NCBI GenBank assembly: GCA_000091165.1
Contig: FP565575.1
Span: 360,001 to 392,000 of the forward strand
Direction of reading: 5' to 3'
Origin: Candidatus Methylomirabilis oxygeniifera
GTDB lineage: Bacteria > Methylomirabilota > Methylomirabilia > Methylomirabilales > Methylomirabilaceae
DNA: 32,000 nt
The number at the start of each line of letters is the position of its first letter. The first letter of the stretch is position 1. Positions 1 to 10,956 of the stretch are shown piece by piece. Under the pieces are notes generated by a model, which had not been told where the DNA came from, ran no database searches, and saw only the letters and a program-made list of their open reading frames with translations. A program made the translations under genes and the position numbers.

Positions 1-1406
1 CGCGCTCGACATCCTGTTGGCGGCGTTGACCATTATCTTCCTGCTTGCGACCGCCACCGTGCCGCCGTTTTCGATCTACAGCGCTGAGGCCGCCGGGCAG
101 GGCAGCCCCGTGACGGTGACGGTCCTCGTTGCGCTGCTCGTCTGCCTGATCCCCACGACCATCGGCGGGCTGCTGTCATCCATCGGCATCGCCGGGATGG
201 ACAGGATGATCCAGAAAAACGTCATCGCCATGTCAGGGCGCGCCGTGGAGGCCGCCGGCGATGTTGACGTCCTCCTGCTCGATAAGACCGGTACCATTAC
301 CCTCGGCAATCGCCAGGCCACCGCCTTCATACCGACGCAAGGGGTCGATGAGCAGGCACTGGCGGATGCGGCCCAACTCGCCTCGCTCTCCGACGAGACG
401 CCGGAGGGCCGCTCGATCGTCGTCCTCGCCAAGGAGCGGTACGGCCTTCGCGAGCGTGACCTTCACGTCCTGGGAGCGACCTTCGTTCCTTTTACCGCCC
501 AGACCCGGATGAGCGGGGTCAGCCTGAACGGCCGCGAGATCCGTAAGGGCGCCGCGGATGCCATCGAATCATATGTGCGACGCCTCGGGGGGAAGTTTCC
601 GCCGGATGTTCGCGCCAAGGTGGACATGATCGCCAAGCACGGCGGGACGCCCTTGGTGGTCGCCGACGGCGCCAGAGTGCTCGGCGCGGTGCAGCTCAAA
701 GATATCGTCAAGGGAGGGATCAGAGAGCGGTTCCTTGAGCTGAGGGGCAGTGGGGATCAAGACGATCATGATCACCGGGGACAACCCGCTGACCGCGGCC
801 GCGATTGCGGCGGAGGCAGGCGTGGACGAGTTCCTGGCTGAGGCGACGCCGGAGGCCAAGCTCACGCTGATCCGCGAGCTGCAGGCGCAGGGTCGCCTGG
901 TGGCGATGACCGGCGATGGGACCAACGACGCCCCGGCGCTGGCCCAGGCGGACGTCGCGGTGGCCATGAATACCGGGACGCAGGCGGCGAAAGAGGCCGG
1001 CAACATGGTAGACCTCGATTCGAACCCGACGAAGCTCCTGGAAGTGGTCGAGACGGGTAAGCAGATGCTCATGACGCGGGGCGCGCTGACAACCTTCAGC
1101 ATCGCCAACGACGTGGCCAAGTATTTCGCGATCATCCCGGCGGCCTTTGCGACCACCTACCCTGCCCTGGGCGCGCTGAACATCATGCAGCTCGCTACGC
1201 CGGCCAGCGCTATCCTTTCGGCCGTCATCTTCAATGCGCTGATCATCATCGCGCTGATCCCGCTGTCGCTTCGCGGGGTCCGCTATCGGGCGGTCGGCGC
1301 GGCCGTGCTGTTGCGGCGCCACCTGTGGATCTACGGGGCCGGGGGGCTTGTAGCGCCGTTCATCGGAATCAAGCTCATCGATCTCTTGCTCCTGGCCTTT
1401 CCATAA
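1..1406 (+). CDS. kdpB: Potassium-transporting ATPase subunit KdpB, 5' partial, interrupted by a frameshift near 744-750
   Basis: P-type ATPase motif [16 protein letters not shown]; second ORF (750..1406) continues with [38 protein letters not shown] and [30 protein letters not shown]. Frame is open to the left window edge. Confidence 0.95.
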
Positions 1407-1445
1407 GTCGGGTCAACGGCGTCACCAGACAGGGGAGTGGATGAT

Positions 1446-2018
1446 ATGCGTGCGCATCTCCGACCGGCGATCGTCTCGCTGGCGCTCTTCACGATCCTTA
1501 CGGGACTCATCTATCCGCTCATCGTTACGGGCGTAGCCCAACGGCTCTTCCCGAGGCAGGCCAATGGCAGCCCGATCGTCCGGGACGGCCAGGCGGTCGG
1601 CTCTGCGCTCATCGGGCAGCCGTTTGACGACGCGAAGTATTTCTGGGGAAGGGCATCCGGTACCGCTCCCTTCCCGTACAATGCCGGGGCTTCCTCAGGA
1701 TCTAACCTCGGCCCAACGAACGAGACGCTGCGCAAGGCCATCCGGTCGCGCATCGAGGCCCTGCGTGCGGCCGACCCCAACAACCAGGCCCCTATCCCCG
1801 TAGATCTGGTCACGGCGTCAGCCAGCGGACTGGACCCGCACGTGAGTCCGGCCGGCGCCCTCTACCAGGTCAGGCGGGTCGCCCAAGCGCGCGGGCTGGA
1901 CGACGCCACGGTGCGCCACGTCGTCGAGCAGCACATCGAAGGGCGCCAGCTCGGCATCCTGGGCGAGCCGCGAGTCAACGTGCTACAATTAAATGAGGCG
2001 CTGGACGCGATGAGATAG
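1446..2018 (+). CDS. kdpC: Potassium-transporting ATPase subunit KdpC
   Basis: MRAHLRPAIVSLALFTILTGLIYPLIVTGVAQRLFPRQANGS...; directly after kdpB; AGGGGAG-like RBS upstream. The ORF track start at 1437 is GTG; ATG at 1446 preferred. Confidence 0.93.
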   Translation: MRAHLRPAIVSLALFTILTGLIYPLIVTGVAQRLFPRQANGSPIVRDGQAVGSALIGQPFDDAKYFWGRASGTAPFPYNAGASSGSNLGPTNETLRKAIRSRIEALRAADPNNQAPIPVDLVTASASGLDPHVSPAGALYQVRRVAQARGLDDATVRHVVEQHIEGRQLGILGEPRVNVLQLNEALDAMR

Positions 2019-2056
2019 CACGGCCCGAACGAGGTTCGCAGGATGCTTTCTGAGTC

Positions 2057-4759
2057 ATGACCGTCATGTCCGAACATCGCCCCGATCCTGAGGCCCTTCT
2101 GGCTCGCGTGAAGGAGGAAGCGGCGCGTGAGAAGCGCGGCAAGCTGAAGGTCTTCCTGGGCGCGGCCGCGGGTGTCGGCAAGACCTACGCCATGCTCGAA
2201 GCCGCTCGCGAACAGCGCGCTGAGGGCGTGGATGTCGTGGCCGGCTTGGTAGAAACCCATGGGCGACCGGAGACCGAGGCCCTGCTCCAGGGGCTCGAGA
2301 TCCTCGCCTCTCACCGCCTCGAGTATCGCGGCACAACCCTTAAGGAGTTCGACCTCGATACCGCGCTCACCCGGCATCCCACCGTGATCCTGGTCGATGA
2401 GCTGGCGCATACCAACGCGCCGGGCAGCCGACACACGAAGCGCTGGCAGGACGTCATGGAACTGCTCGGCGCCGGGATCCACGTCTACACCACGCTGAAC
2501 GTCCAACACCTCGAGAGCCTCAACGACATCGTCACCAGGATCACCGGGACAGTCGTGCGCGAAACGATTCCCGACTCGGTCCTCGAACAGGCCGATGAGA
2601 TCGAGCTGATCGACCTGCCCCCTGACGACCTGCTCCAGCGTCTCAAGGAAGGCAAGATCTACGTCCCGGAGCTGGCGAAGGAGGCGATCGGCAACTTCTT
2701 CCGGAAAGGCAATCTGACCGCGTTGCGGGAACTGGCGCTCCGGCGCACGGCCGACCGCGTGGACGCGCAGATGCGCGCCTATATGAGTGACCAGGCCATC
2801 CCCACGACCTGGCCCGTCACGGAGCGCCTCATCGTCTTGGTCGGCCCAAGTCCACATTCTGCCCAGACCGTACGAGGCGCCAAACGGATGGCGGCAGCGC
2901 TTCGGGCGGAATGGATCGCGGTCTATGTCGAGACGGAAGCGTACGCCCGGCTGTCCGAGACGGACCGAAGGCGCGTCGCCGAGAATCTCCGGCTGGCCGA
3001 GCAGCTCGGGGCGGAGGTGGTCACCCTCAGCGGGTCGCAGACCAATGAGAGTGCGGCAGTCCTGCGGTATGCCAACGAACGTAACGTCACCAAGATCATC
3101 CTGGGCAAACCGACCCGCTCCTTGTGGAGGCGGATCGTGGCCGGTTCCATTGTTGACGCCCTTGTGCGCGGCAGTGGTGACATCGATATCTACGTTATCA
3201 GCGGAACGGGGATCCCGCACGCGCCGGTTGCCAGGGTGGAGCGAGCCCCCGAGCCGGACTGGTCAGCCTATGGCCGTGCCGCGACCGTTGTCGCGCTCTG
3301 CACGGCGGTGGCATGGCTGATGTACCCGTATTTCGAGCTTTCCAATCTCATCATGGTATATCTGCTCGGGGTGACCGGCGTTGCCGCCCGCTCCGGACCT
3401 GGCCCCTCCGTCCTGGCCTCCATCCTTAGTGTGGCGGTCTTCGATTTCTTTTTTGTTGTCCCGCACTTTACGTTTCGGGTGGCTGATGCACAATACCTCG
3501 TGACCTTTGCAGTCATGCTCGTTGTGGCCCTCGTGATCAGCGGCTTCACGGTGCGGATTCGCATCCAGGCGGAGTCCGCACGCCAGCGCGAGCGGCGAAC
3601 GGCCGCGCTGTACGCACTGAGTCGCGAACTGGCGAGCGCGCGAGGCGTAGAACACGTGCTGCGGGCCGCCGGGCGACACATCGCTGACGTCTTCGGCGGC
3701 CAGGTCGCGGTGCTGCTCCCGGACCCGAGCGGCCACCTCGGCCTTCAGGTAGGCCCGTCCGCCCAGTTTGAGGTGACTCCCTCGGAGCGTGGGGTGGCCC
3801 AGTGGGTGTATGAGCATGGACAGACGGCCGGTTGTGGGACGTCAACGTTACCGGGAGCTAAGGTCTTGTATCTGCCTTTGGTCGCGTCGCAGGGTATCCT
3901 GGGCGTGTTGGGGCTGCTGCCGGCGGACCCACACTCGCTCGAAGCGCCTGAGCAACTCCATCAGCTCGAGACATTTGCCAATCAGACCGCGCTGGCGCTC
4001 GAGCGCACGCAGCTTGCAGCGGCGGCGCAGGAGGCGCAGGTACGCGCGGAAGCCGAAAAACTACGCAGTTCGCTCCTGAGTTCGGTGTCTCACGATCTCA
4101 GGACACCTCTCGCCACTATCACCGGCGCCGCGAGCAGCCTGTTGGAAGGAGATAAAATCCTCGATGATCAGACCCAGCAAGATCTGCTGGAATCGCTCCT
4201 CGAGGAGGCCGAGCGCCTCAACCGCCTGGTGAACAACCTGCTTGAGATGACGCGGATGGAGTCCGGGACCCTCCAGGTTCGCAAAGAGTGGCATGTCTTG
4301 GAGGAGGTTGTCGGCGCCGCGCTGGGCCGCCTGACGAAGCTCTTGTGCGACCGCCCAGTGACCACGTCATTGCCGGCCGATCTGCCCCTCGTTCCGATCG
4401 ACGACGTGCTGATTGAGCAGGTCCTGATCAATCTGCTGGACAATGCCATCAAGCATACGCCTGACGGCGGCCCTCTGGAGATTACGGTGCGGGCGCACAA
4501 CAGTATGGTCACCGTGGAGGTCGCCGACCGGGGACCAGGCCTGCCGCCAGGCGACGAGGAGAGGGTGTTTGAGAAATTTTATCGGGGATATGGTCTCACA
4601 TCGCGCGGCACTGGTCTTGGGCTGGCCATCTGCCGGGGCATCGTGGAGGCGCATGGCGGCCGCATCCGGGCCGAGAACCGACCGGGGGGCGGCGTGGCGT
4701 TCCGTTTTACCATCCCTCTGACCGGCACACCCCCGGAGCTGGAGGGGATCGATGTCTGA
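2057..4759 (+). CDS. kdpD: Osmosensitive K+ channel histidine kinase KdpD
   Basis: GKLKVFLGAAAGVGKTYAMLEAAREQRAEG and DELAHTNAPGSRHTKRWQDV (KdpD N-terminal domain), universal stress-like region, membrane segments, HisKA (SSVSHDLRTPLATI) and ATPase (GTGLGLAICRGIVEAHGG). Confidence 0.97.
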   Translation: MTVMSEHRPDPEALLARVKEEAAREKRGKLKVFLGAAAGVGKTYAMLEAAREQRAEGVDVVAGLVETHGRPETEALLQGLEILASHRLEYRGTTLKEFDLDTALTRHPTVILVDELAHTNAPGSRHTKRWQDVMELLGAGIHVYTTLNVQHLESLNDIVTRITGTVVRETIPDSVLEQADEIELIDLPPDDLLQRLKEGKIYVPELAKEAIGNFFRKGNLTALRELALRRTADRVDAQMRAYMSDQAIPTTWPVTERLIVLVGPSPHSAQTVRGAKRMAAALRAEWIAVYVETEAYARLSETDRRRVAENLRLAEQLGAEVVTLSGSQTNESAAVLRYANERNVTKIILGKPTRSLWRRIVAGSIVDALVRGSGDIDIYVISGTGIPHAPVARVERAPEPDWSAYGRAATVVALCTAVAWLMYPYFELSNLIMVYLLGVTGVAARSGPGPSVLASILSVAVFDFFFVVPHFTFRVADAQYLVTFAVMLVVALVISGFTVRIRIQAESARQRERRTAALYALSRELASARGVEHVLRAAGRHIADVFGGQVAVLLPDPSGHLGLQVGPSAQFEVTPSERGVAQWVYEHGQTAGCGTSTLPGAKVLYLPLVASQGILGVLGLLPADPHSLEAPEQLHQLETFANQTALALERTQLAAAAQEAQVRAEAEKLRSSLLSSVSHDLRTPLATITGAASSLLEGDKILDDQTQQDLLESLLEEAERLNRLVNNLLEMTRMESGTLQVRKEWHVLEEVVGAALGRLTKLLCDRPVTTSLPADLPLVPIDDVLIEQVLINLLDNAIKHTPDGGPLEITVRAHNSMVTVEVADRGPGLPPGDEERVFEKFYRGYGLTSRGTGLGLAICRGIVEAHGGRIRAENRPGGGVAFRFTIPLTGTPPELEGIDV

Positions 4760-5513
4760 TGTTTCGGACAGTCTGACGGCACTGACGGCAGCGGCCCAGG
4801 AGGGGGGACCAGATACTCCCACGCGTGGCCCGGCCGTGGTCCTCATCGAGGATGAACGACCGATTCGGCGCTTTCTCCGCGCCACCCTGGTCAGTCAGGG
4901 GTACCGGCTCTTTGAGGCGGCTACGGGTGAGGAGGGCTTGGCGGAGGCGGCCGCCCGCCCGCCCGACGTCGTCATCCTCGATCTCGGTTTGCCAGACATC
5001 GACGGTCTCGAGGTCATCCGGCGACTCCGCGAGTGGACTGCCGTACCGATCATCGTGCTCTCGGCGCGCGGACAGGAACGCGATAAGATCGCTGCGCTGG
5101 ATGCGGGCGCGGACGACTACGTGAGCAAGCCCTTCGGAGTCGGCGAGCTGCTGGCGCGCATGCGGGTAGTCCTGCGACACGCAGCGCGTAACCTCACGGA
5201 GAATACCGATCCCACGTTCGCGGTGGGCGATCTCCATGTGGACTTGGCGGTGAGAAGGGTTGTGGTCGGCGGAAGAGAGGTTCACCTGACCCCGATCGAG
5301 TACAGGTTGCTGACGACCCTCATTCACTATGCGGGAAAGGTGGTAACCCAGCAGCAGTTGCTGAAGGAGGTCTGGGGGCCCCAGTGTACCGAGCAGGCGC
5401 ATTACCTCCGGGTCTACGTCGCCCAGCTCAGACGGAAGCTCGAAACCGACCCGGCGCGTCCGTGCTACCTGCTGACCGAACCCGGTGTGGGCTATCGCCT
5501 GGCATCGGAATAG
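4752..5513 (+). CDS. kdpE: KDP operon response regulator KdpE
   Basis: Receiver (DVVILDLGLPDIDGLEVIRRLREW) plus OmpR-type winged helix (HLTPIEYRLLTTLIHYAGKVVTQQQLLKEVWG); overlaps the kdpD stop by 8 nt. Confidence 0.95.
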   Translation: MSDVSDSLTALTAAAQEGGPDTPTRGPAVVLIEDERPIRRFLRATLVSQGYRLFEAATGEEGLAEAAARPPDVVILDLGLPDIDGLEVIRRLREWTAVPIIVLSARGQERDKIAALDAGADDYVSKPFGVGELLARMRVVLRHAARNLTENTDPTFAVGDLHVDLAVRRVVVGGREVHLTPIEYRLLTTLIHYAGKVVTQQQLLKEVWGPQCTEQAHYLRVYVAQLRRKLETDPARPCYLLTEPGVGYRLASE

Positions 5514-5678
5514 CCGCAGAAGGCCCCGCGCAAGTGAAGAACGGGTGAATAGTGTTCCGTGGAAATCCAGGCTAGTGCTGGTGGATGCCTCCGCGGCAAC
5601 TGCATCCTCAGAATCGTGACACGTTCTGGATGGGAGCCCAATTCATTGATCGAACGGGCTGTGCGTTTGAACCTCCGG

Positions 5679-8507
5679 TCAGCGCCCACCAAGCATTGGC
5701 CCATCGATGGCGGCGCGGACCGCGATTGCCAGGTCGGCTTGGCTGAACGGTTTTCGGATATAGCCGCCGACTCCCAGGTGGTCCAGGGTCCGGCGGATCT
5801 CGTCTGGCGCGTACCCGGTGCCGACCAACACCTTGATATCAAGGTTGATCTCGCGGAGGGCCGGGATCAGGCCTGCCGCCCCCATCCGAGGCATGATCGC
5901 GTCGGTGAGCACCATCGCAATGTTCGGGTGCGTCCGGAAAACGGCCAGCGCTTCGATGCCATCGGCAGCGGTCAGGACGGTGTATCCAAGGTTGCTCAGG
6001 AGGATCTCTCCCATCTCCAGGGAGACCGGATTATCCTCCACAAACAGGAGCGTCTCGTGCCCGTGCGGTATCGCCTCGTTGGCCGAAGGCGTGACGTCTG
6101 CCGGAATGGGCACGGCAGGGAGAAAGACGTAGAAGGCGCTCCCCTGCCCTTCAGCCGTCTCGACTTCGAGCCAACCCTCGTGCTGGTGAACGATCCCGTA
6201 GACCGAGGCCAGGCCCAAGCCGGTTCCATGCCCTGGCCCCTTGGTTGTGAAGAAGGGTTCGAAGATTCGGTCCCGAATGGCGGCCGGGATGCCGGTTCCG
6301 GTATCGGCCACGGTCAGGCAGGCGAACGCACCCGGCCGACGATGCAGGCGATCGCCTAGGCTCGCCTCCGTGAGGATTACCGGAGCCAGCCGGAGAGTGA
6401 GGGTGCCCCCGTGGGGCATGGCGTCTCGAGCGTTGGTGGCAAGGTTGAGGATAATCTGCTGTACGTTGCCCAGATCTGCATTCGCAATAAGGGGCTCGAA
6501 AGCGGGTTCGACCTGGATCGTAATCGTCTCAGGGAATGTTCGCTGCAACAGCTTCCCACTCTCCTTGAGCAGCGGGTTGAGGTCAAGCGGCTTTCGCTCC
6601 AGGGGGGCCTTGCGCGCGAAGGTCAGCAGTTGGCCGATCAGACCGGCGGCCTGGCGGCCCAGTCTCGGGACCCGGCTGAGGTACAAGGCCCCTTTTGAGC
6701 CTTCCGACAACTCCCTTAAGGCGAGCTCCGCAAAGCCGATGATGCCGTTCAGGAGATTGTTGAAGTCGTGGGCGATCCCCCCGGCCAGGAGGCCGATCGC
6801 CTCCAGCTTCTGCGCCTGGTGAAGCTGGTCTTCGAGGTGTCTGTGCTCGGTGATATCCTGTTTGACGGCGATGAAATGGATCACGGCGCCCTGTTCGTCC
6901 AGTACAGGCGCAATGGTTTGATCTTCGGTGTAGAGGCTGCCGTCCTTGCGACGATTGACTGTTTCGCCTTGCCACACTCGACCGGACAGAACGGTCTCCC
7001 ACAGGTTGCGGTAGAACGCCTGATCGTGTCGGCCCGACCTGAGTAAGCGTGGGGTCTGGCCGACGGCCTCCTCGACGGGGTAACCGGTCAACCTTGTAAA
7101 GGCCGGGTTGACCCACCTGATCGTCCCGTTGCGGTCAGTAATGACAATGCCGTTCGCAGCGGCTTCCAGCGCGGCTGCTTGAAGGCGGATCTGCCCCTCG
7201 GTCCGCTTACGCTCGGTAATATCCACCATGATCCCGACGACGCCGGTAATGCCGCCCTTCTCATCCCGAAGCGGTGCCGTCGAGAGGCTGACGTCGATCA
7301 GTGAACCGTCCTTCTTTTGGCGAACAACTTCGAGGCCGACAATCAATTCGCCCGCCATCGCTCGCTCGCAAAGCGCCAGGTACTCTTCGCGTCCGTCGAA
7401 CGGAACAGTGGGCAGCGGACGTGCGAGGACCTCTTCCTGCCGCCAGCCGAACATGCGTTCCGCCGCCGGGCTCCACAGCCTGACGTTGCCCTCTCGATCT
7501 AAAATGGTGATGCCCGCTGCTGAGGCGTCGACGACCGCTTTCAGGAGATCGTACGTCTCGCGCAAGGCCAGCTCCGATCGCTTCCGATCAGTGACATCGC
7601 GCAAGACCCCACGGAAGCCCACAATACGGTCATCCTTCAGGATAGGCACCGACTTCACCTCAACGAATGCGGTCTCTCCATCCGAGCGGACAATCTGTGT
7701 CTCTACCACCTCAACCGACGTCCCGGTCTCTACGTCTCGGGCGAATCGCTCTTTCACGGCACTCAGTTCGGCGGGAGCGACAAATTCCAGGAGGTTTCGG
7801 CCTACGAGCTGCTCCGGACTGTCAACACCATGGATCTTGGCTAGCGCCTGGTTTCCAAAGGTGATAACGCCCTGAACGTCCACGACAAACAGCCCATCGT
7901 TTATCTGGGTCACAAGCGCCCAATATTTCGCTTCGCTTTCCCGCAGAGCTTGCTCCGCCAGCTCGTGTTCGGCGATTTTAGCCTGTAATGCTTCAGCAGT
8001 ACTTGTCAGTTCCCTGGTTCGTTCGCGAACGCGCCCCTCCATCTCGTCGTACGCCGCGTGCAACGCCTCTTGCACTCGGTGGCGTTCGCGGACCTCTTCC
8101 TGGAGCGCGAGATTGGCGGCTTCCAGTTGGGCTGGACTGGGTAGCGCCAGCGCCTTTGGGATCAACGGCCACAGTGCCACCGCAGTCACGACTGATGCAG
8201 TGGCCGTCACAGCCTTCACGACTGCATCGAGCCAATACAGGGGACTCCATATGGTCCATAACGCCATGAGGTGGGTGGTCCCGCACGCAATGATGAACAC
8301 CGCAAAGAACAGAAACACCCGTTTGAAGGCGAGGTCACGCCTCTTGCGGACGAAGTAGATGAGCGCGATTGGGATAGAATAATACGAGAGCGTGATCAGC
8401 GAGTCCGAGACGATATAGAGCCACAACAACGGGCGTGTCCACAGAAAGCAGTAGCCGTGCGGCTCGAAGCCTTGTGGAGTTAAGATGGTCCATAGGAGCG
8501 ACATCAT
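5679..8507 (-). CDS. Hybrid sensor histidine kinase with ethylene-receptor-like N-terminal membrane domain, three PAS domains, HisKA, HATPase and C-terminal receiver
   Basis: N-term [27 protein letters not shown]...[17 protein letters not shown]; PAS modules ([36 protein letters not shown]); His[16 protein letters not shown]; receiver [11 protein letters not shown]. Confidence 0.93.
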   Translation of the reverse strand: MMSLLWTILTPQGFEPHGYCFLWTRPLLWLYIVSDSLITLSYYSIPIALIYFVRKRRDLAFKRVFLFFAVFIIACGTTHLMALWTIWSPLYWLDAVVKAVTATASVVTAVALWPLIPKALALPSPAQLEAANLALQEEVRERHRVQEALHAAYDEMEGRVRERTRELTSTAEALQAKIAEHELAEQALRESEAKYWALVTQINDGLFVVDVQGVITFGNQALAKIHGVDSPEQLVGRNLLEFVAPAELSAVKERFARDVETGTSVEVVETQIVRSDGETAFVEVKSVPILKDDRIVGFRGVLRDVTDRKRSELALRETYDLLKAVVDASAAGITILDREGNVRLWSPAAERMFGWRQEEVLARPLPTVPFDGREEYLALCERAMAGELIVGLEVVRQKKDGSLIDVSLSTAPLRDEKGGITGVVGIMVDITERKRTEGQIRLQAAALEAAANGIVITDRNGTIRWVNPAFTRLTGYPVEEAVGQTPRLLRSGRHDQAFYRNLWETVLSGRVWQGETVNRRKDGSLYTEDQTIAPVLDEQGAVIHFIAVKQDITEHRHLEDQLHQAQKLEAIGLLAGGIAHDFNNLLNGIIGFAELALRELSEGSKGALYLSRVPRLGRQAAGLIGQLLTFARKAPLERKPLDLNPLLKESGKLLQRTFPETITIQVEPAFEPLIANADLGNVQQIILNLATNARDAMPHGGTLTLRLAPVILTEASLGDRLHRRPGAFACLTVADTGTGIPAAIRDRIFEPFFTTKGPGHGTGLGLASVYGIVHQHEGWLEVETAEGQGSAFYVFLPAVPIPADVTPSANEAIPHGHETLLFVEDNPVSLEMGEILLSNLGYTVLTAADGIEALAVFRTHPNIAMVLTDAIMPRMGAAGLIPALREINLDIKVLVGTGYAPDEIRRTLDHLGVGGYIRKPFSQADLAIAVRAAIDGPMLGGR

Positions 8508-8953
8508 TGTTCACCTTCCTCCCTCATCCCTGATCTTGTCGCCCAAATACGCGAATGCCCTCTCAGGCCAGTTACGCCCGAGAGGGCGATGAACGTGCAT
8601 CATGCGCTAACCTCATTGTAGGTATCTTATACGGTCTAATAGTAGCTATAAATATCATATACGATGCACATATAGTCTCTATATATATCACTAATTCAGA
8701 GGTTGTCAAACCGTTTCTCACCGTTCTTTGTCCTGTGATAGCCGTGCAGATTGCACTCGCAGACCTTCGTTTGTTCGAATCGATTGCTGGCATTCAACTC
8801 CATTGAGATAGGTATCGCTCTGCGTTTCTAAGGCGTATTTACAGATTCGGAGTAAGGAGAACTGTGGAGGAGAGGGAGCCCGTCGAGTAACATTCCCATG
8901 AGCACAAGAAGTGCGAAGGGAAAGCGTAACGATCAGGTGGTGTATTTGGTCGA

Positions 8954-9262
8954 GTGGTATTTGTGAAATCGGAACTTTTGGCAGGTTTGTGGTCAGAAGC
9001 GGTGGCAGGTTTGACCGGAATATGCACCTATGAGGATCAGATGGACCTTGCCGATTTCACCGCCCTCCTCATTGAGAAATGCGCCGTTCGGAATGTCGCG
9101 TTCATGGGTCCGGAGGACTTTTTCCGGGACACCATACTCGTTTCTATCGAGAAGCGTTGGAGTCAGTGGCTTGGCCCGCTTGTGTCGGCGCTTCCTCTTT
9201 TCGAGACCGTCATCAGTGAACTCCGGCCGCAGATCACGGCTTTCATCTCCACTGTGAAGTGA
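8954..9262 (+). CDS. Hypothetical protein, 102 aa
   Basis: Open frame with GTG start and no recognised domain; sits alone in an intergenic region. Confidence 0.3.
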   Translation: MVFVKSELLAGLWSEAVAGLTGICTYEDQMDLADFTALLIEKCAVRNVAFMGPEDFFRDTILVSIEKRWSQWLGPLVSALPLFETVISELRPQITAFISTVK

Positions 9263-9290
9263 ATAGTGATCTTGTGCTGATTGTAAGCGG

Positions 9291-10235
9291 CTAGGCGGGT
9301 TTGTCGTCCAGACCGCCCATGGCCAATACCGCGAAGGCCTCGGCGAGTCCCGCCGTCACCCGGGTAAACTCCGGATATGCCAGCTTCTCGGGCGTATCTT
9401 TGCGGGTATGGTAATAGGGGTAGCGGTAGAACGCGGTGTCGGTGACCATGATGGCGCGGTAGCCATGCCGCCAAAACGACCAGTGATCGCTCCAGGCGAC
9501 CCCCGGGACAAAACGGGACGTCGCCACGTGTTCGAGCGGAAAGTCGGAAGCATGGCGGAAGGCCTGCACTGCGCGGCGCATCAGGGCGCGGGAGCGGAAG
9601 TCGGAGACGAAGGTGATGAAGTTGCCTTGACGCGGATAGAAGAACTGGAACAGGGGCGGGTAGTGCTGACTGCCGCGTTCGTCCCGGTAATAACCGATGG
9701 TCTCCAGCGAGACCATCGCGCGAATCGCATCGCCGCGCGTCTGCGCCGCTTTGGCGTAGGCTTCGCTCCCGTGCTTGCGCCTGAAGAAGAAGGGCGGCTC
9801 TTCATTGACGAACGCGACGAAACGCACTGTGACCGCCGGGATCAGTTCGGCAAATAGCCGGGACAGCTCGAGCAGGGCGGAGACACCGCTCGCATTGTCA
9901 TTGGCGCCCGGGCTCCCGCGCACCGAGTCGTAGTGGGCGCCGATCAGCAGGATCTTGTGGGGCCGCGCGCTTCCGAGTCGCGTGACCTCCAGGTTGGCCC
10001 ACCGGCCGCCGGATACCTCGTACCAGTGTGGGGTCACCTGATAGCCCTGGCTGCGCCACTCCTCCTGGATGTAGTGTTCGGCGGCGCGCAGCGCCTCAGG
10101 CCGAAAGACGTTGCGCTCACCGATCTCGCCGGCGAGGTGCTCGACGTGAGCCCGCAGGCGTGAGGCTGAGACCTGCTGAGCGATATGTGCGGTCCCTAAG
10201 GCTGGCTTTGATACGTGTGACATGGTATCATCCAT
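9291..10235 (-). CDS. M28-family zinc peptidase (aminopeptidase-like)
   Basis: ILLIGAHYDSVRGSPGANDNASGVSALLELSRLF ... FVAFVNEEPPFF ... HTRKDTPEKLAYPEFTRVTAGL, the M28 metal-ligand pattern. Confidence 0.9.
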   Translation of the reverse strand: MDDTMSHVSKPALGTAHIAQQVSASRLRAHVEHLAGEIGERNVFRPEALRAAEHYIQEEWRSQGYQVTPHWYEVSGGRWANLEVTRLGSARPHKILLIGAHYDSVRGSPGANDNASGVSALLELSRLFAELIPAVTVRFVAFVNEEPPFFFRRKHGSEAYAKAAQTRGDAIRAMVSLETIGYYRDERGSQHYPPLFQFFYPRQGNFITFVSDFRSRALMRRAVQAFRHASDFPLEHVATSRFVPGVAWSDHWSFWRHGYRAIMVTDTAFYRYPYYHTRKDTPEKLAYPEFTRVTAGLAEAFAVLAMGGLDDKPA

Positions 10236-10356
10236 CGACGTCAGATCGCGCGAGCCTCAATCCTGATCGATATGGGCTTATCGTGACCGTTTTCCACTCC
10301 TCAATTATTGTACACCAGAGAAGATGCTGCTGTGATAGAAAATCATCAACAGGAGG

Positions 10357-10701
10357 ATGGACGAGATGAGACAGATCGTGGCATTGGGTATCGCAATGCT
10401 TCTGATCGGACAGAGTACTCAAAGCTGGGCAGGATCAGAAGCAAGTAGGCAGCACAGCACGCTCAGACAGGTCGGCACCGGGGTCGGCAGTGCCGTGGGG
10501 ACAATCGTGTATTTCCCGTTCAAGGCAACCTTCTGTATTCTAGGCGGGCTGGCCAGCGGCGTGACCCTGATGGTTGCGGGATCCGAGCAGGCCGGAAGGG
10601 TAGCCGATACCGCCTGTCGAGGGACCTGGACGATTACCCCGGCCGTTGTAGCAGGCGAGGAGCCGGTCTACTTTGTGGGCAATCCCTCCGGACGACAGTG
10701 A
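10357..10701 (+). CDS. Hypothetical secreted/membrane protein with N-terminal signal-like segment and glycine-rich hydrophobic region
   Basis: MRQIVALGIAMLLIGQSTQSWAG signal-like start, then GTGVGSAVGTIVYFPFKATFCILGGLASGVTLMVAG; AGGAGG-like RBS upstream. Confidence 0.6.
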   Translation: MDEMRQIVALGIAMLLIGQSTQSWAGSEASRQHSTLRQVGTGVGSAVGTIVYFPFKATFCILGGLASGVTLMVAGSEQAGRVADTACRGTWTITPAVVAGEEPVYFVGNPSGRQ

Positions 10702-10730
10702 GGAGATCGCCAACCTCTTGAAGTTCCCCT

Positions 10731-10758
10731 TTGAAAAACGCGGCAAGTATGTTATAGT
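10731..10758 (+). promoter_or_regulatory. Candidate sigma70-type promoter upstream of the DEAD-box helicase
   Basis: TTGAAA (10731-10736), 16-bp spacer, TATAGT (10753-10758). Would give a leader of nearly 200 nt. Confidence 0.45.
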
Positions 10759-10956
10759 GACTCGAAATTGCAGTAGTAAGATCGATCGAGGCCGTGACGC
10801 GGCCCGATCCATTGTCGAGTTGGGACGTTCAATCCCGCACGGTGACTTCTCCGGTGATCCCACCGTTAGCCCCCACTCAATCCGACCGGATAAACAGCAT
10901 GGGCGCATTTTATCCATCACGGAACAGATGCGCCTAACAGCAGCATTAGGAGGATT

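Noticed and set aside
1862-3220. 452-aa minus-strand ORF opposite kdpC/kdpD
   Set aside because: Fully antisense to a clear kdpD; long open antisense frames are expected in GC-rich coding DNA and the protein has no recognisable motif.
8555-8806. 83-aa plus-strand ORF and opposing 8572..8793 minus ORF in the AT-rich intergenic region
   Set aside because: Both overlap fully with no recognisable family; the AT-rich tract is more simply a promoter region. A hydrophobic small protein on the plus strand cannot be excluded.
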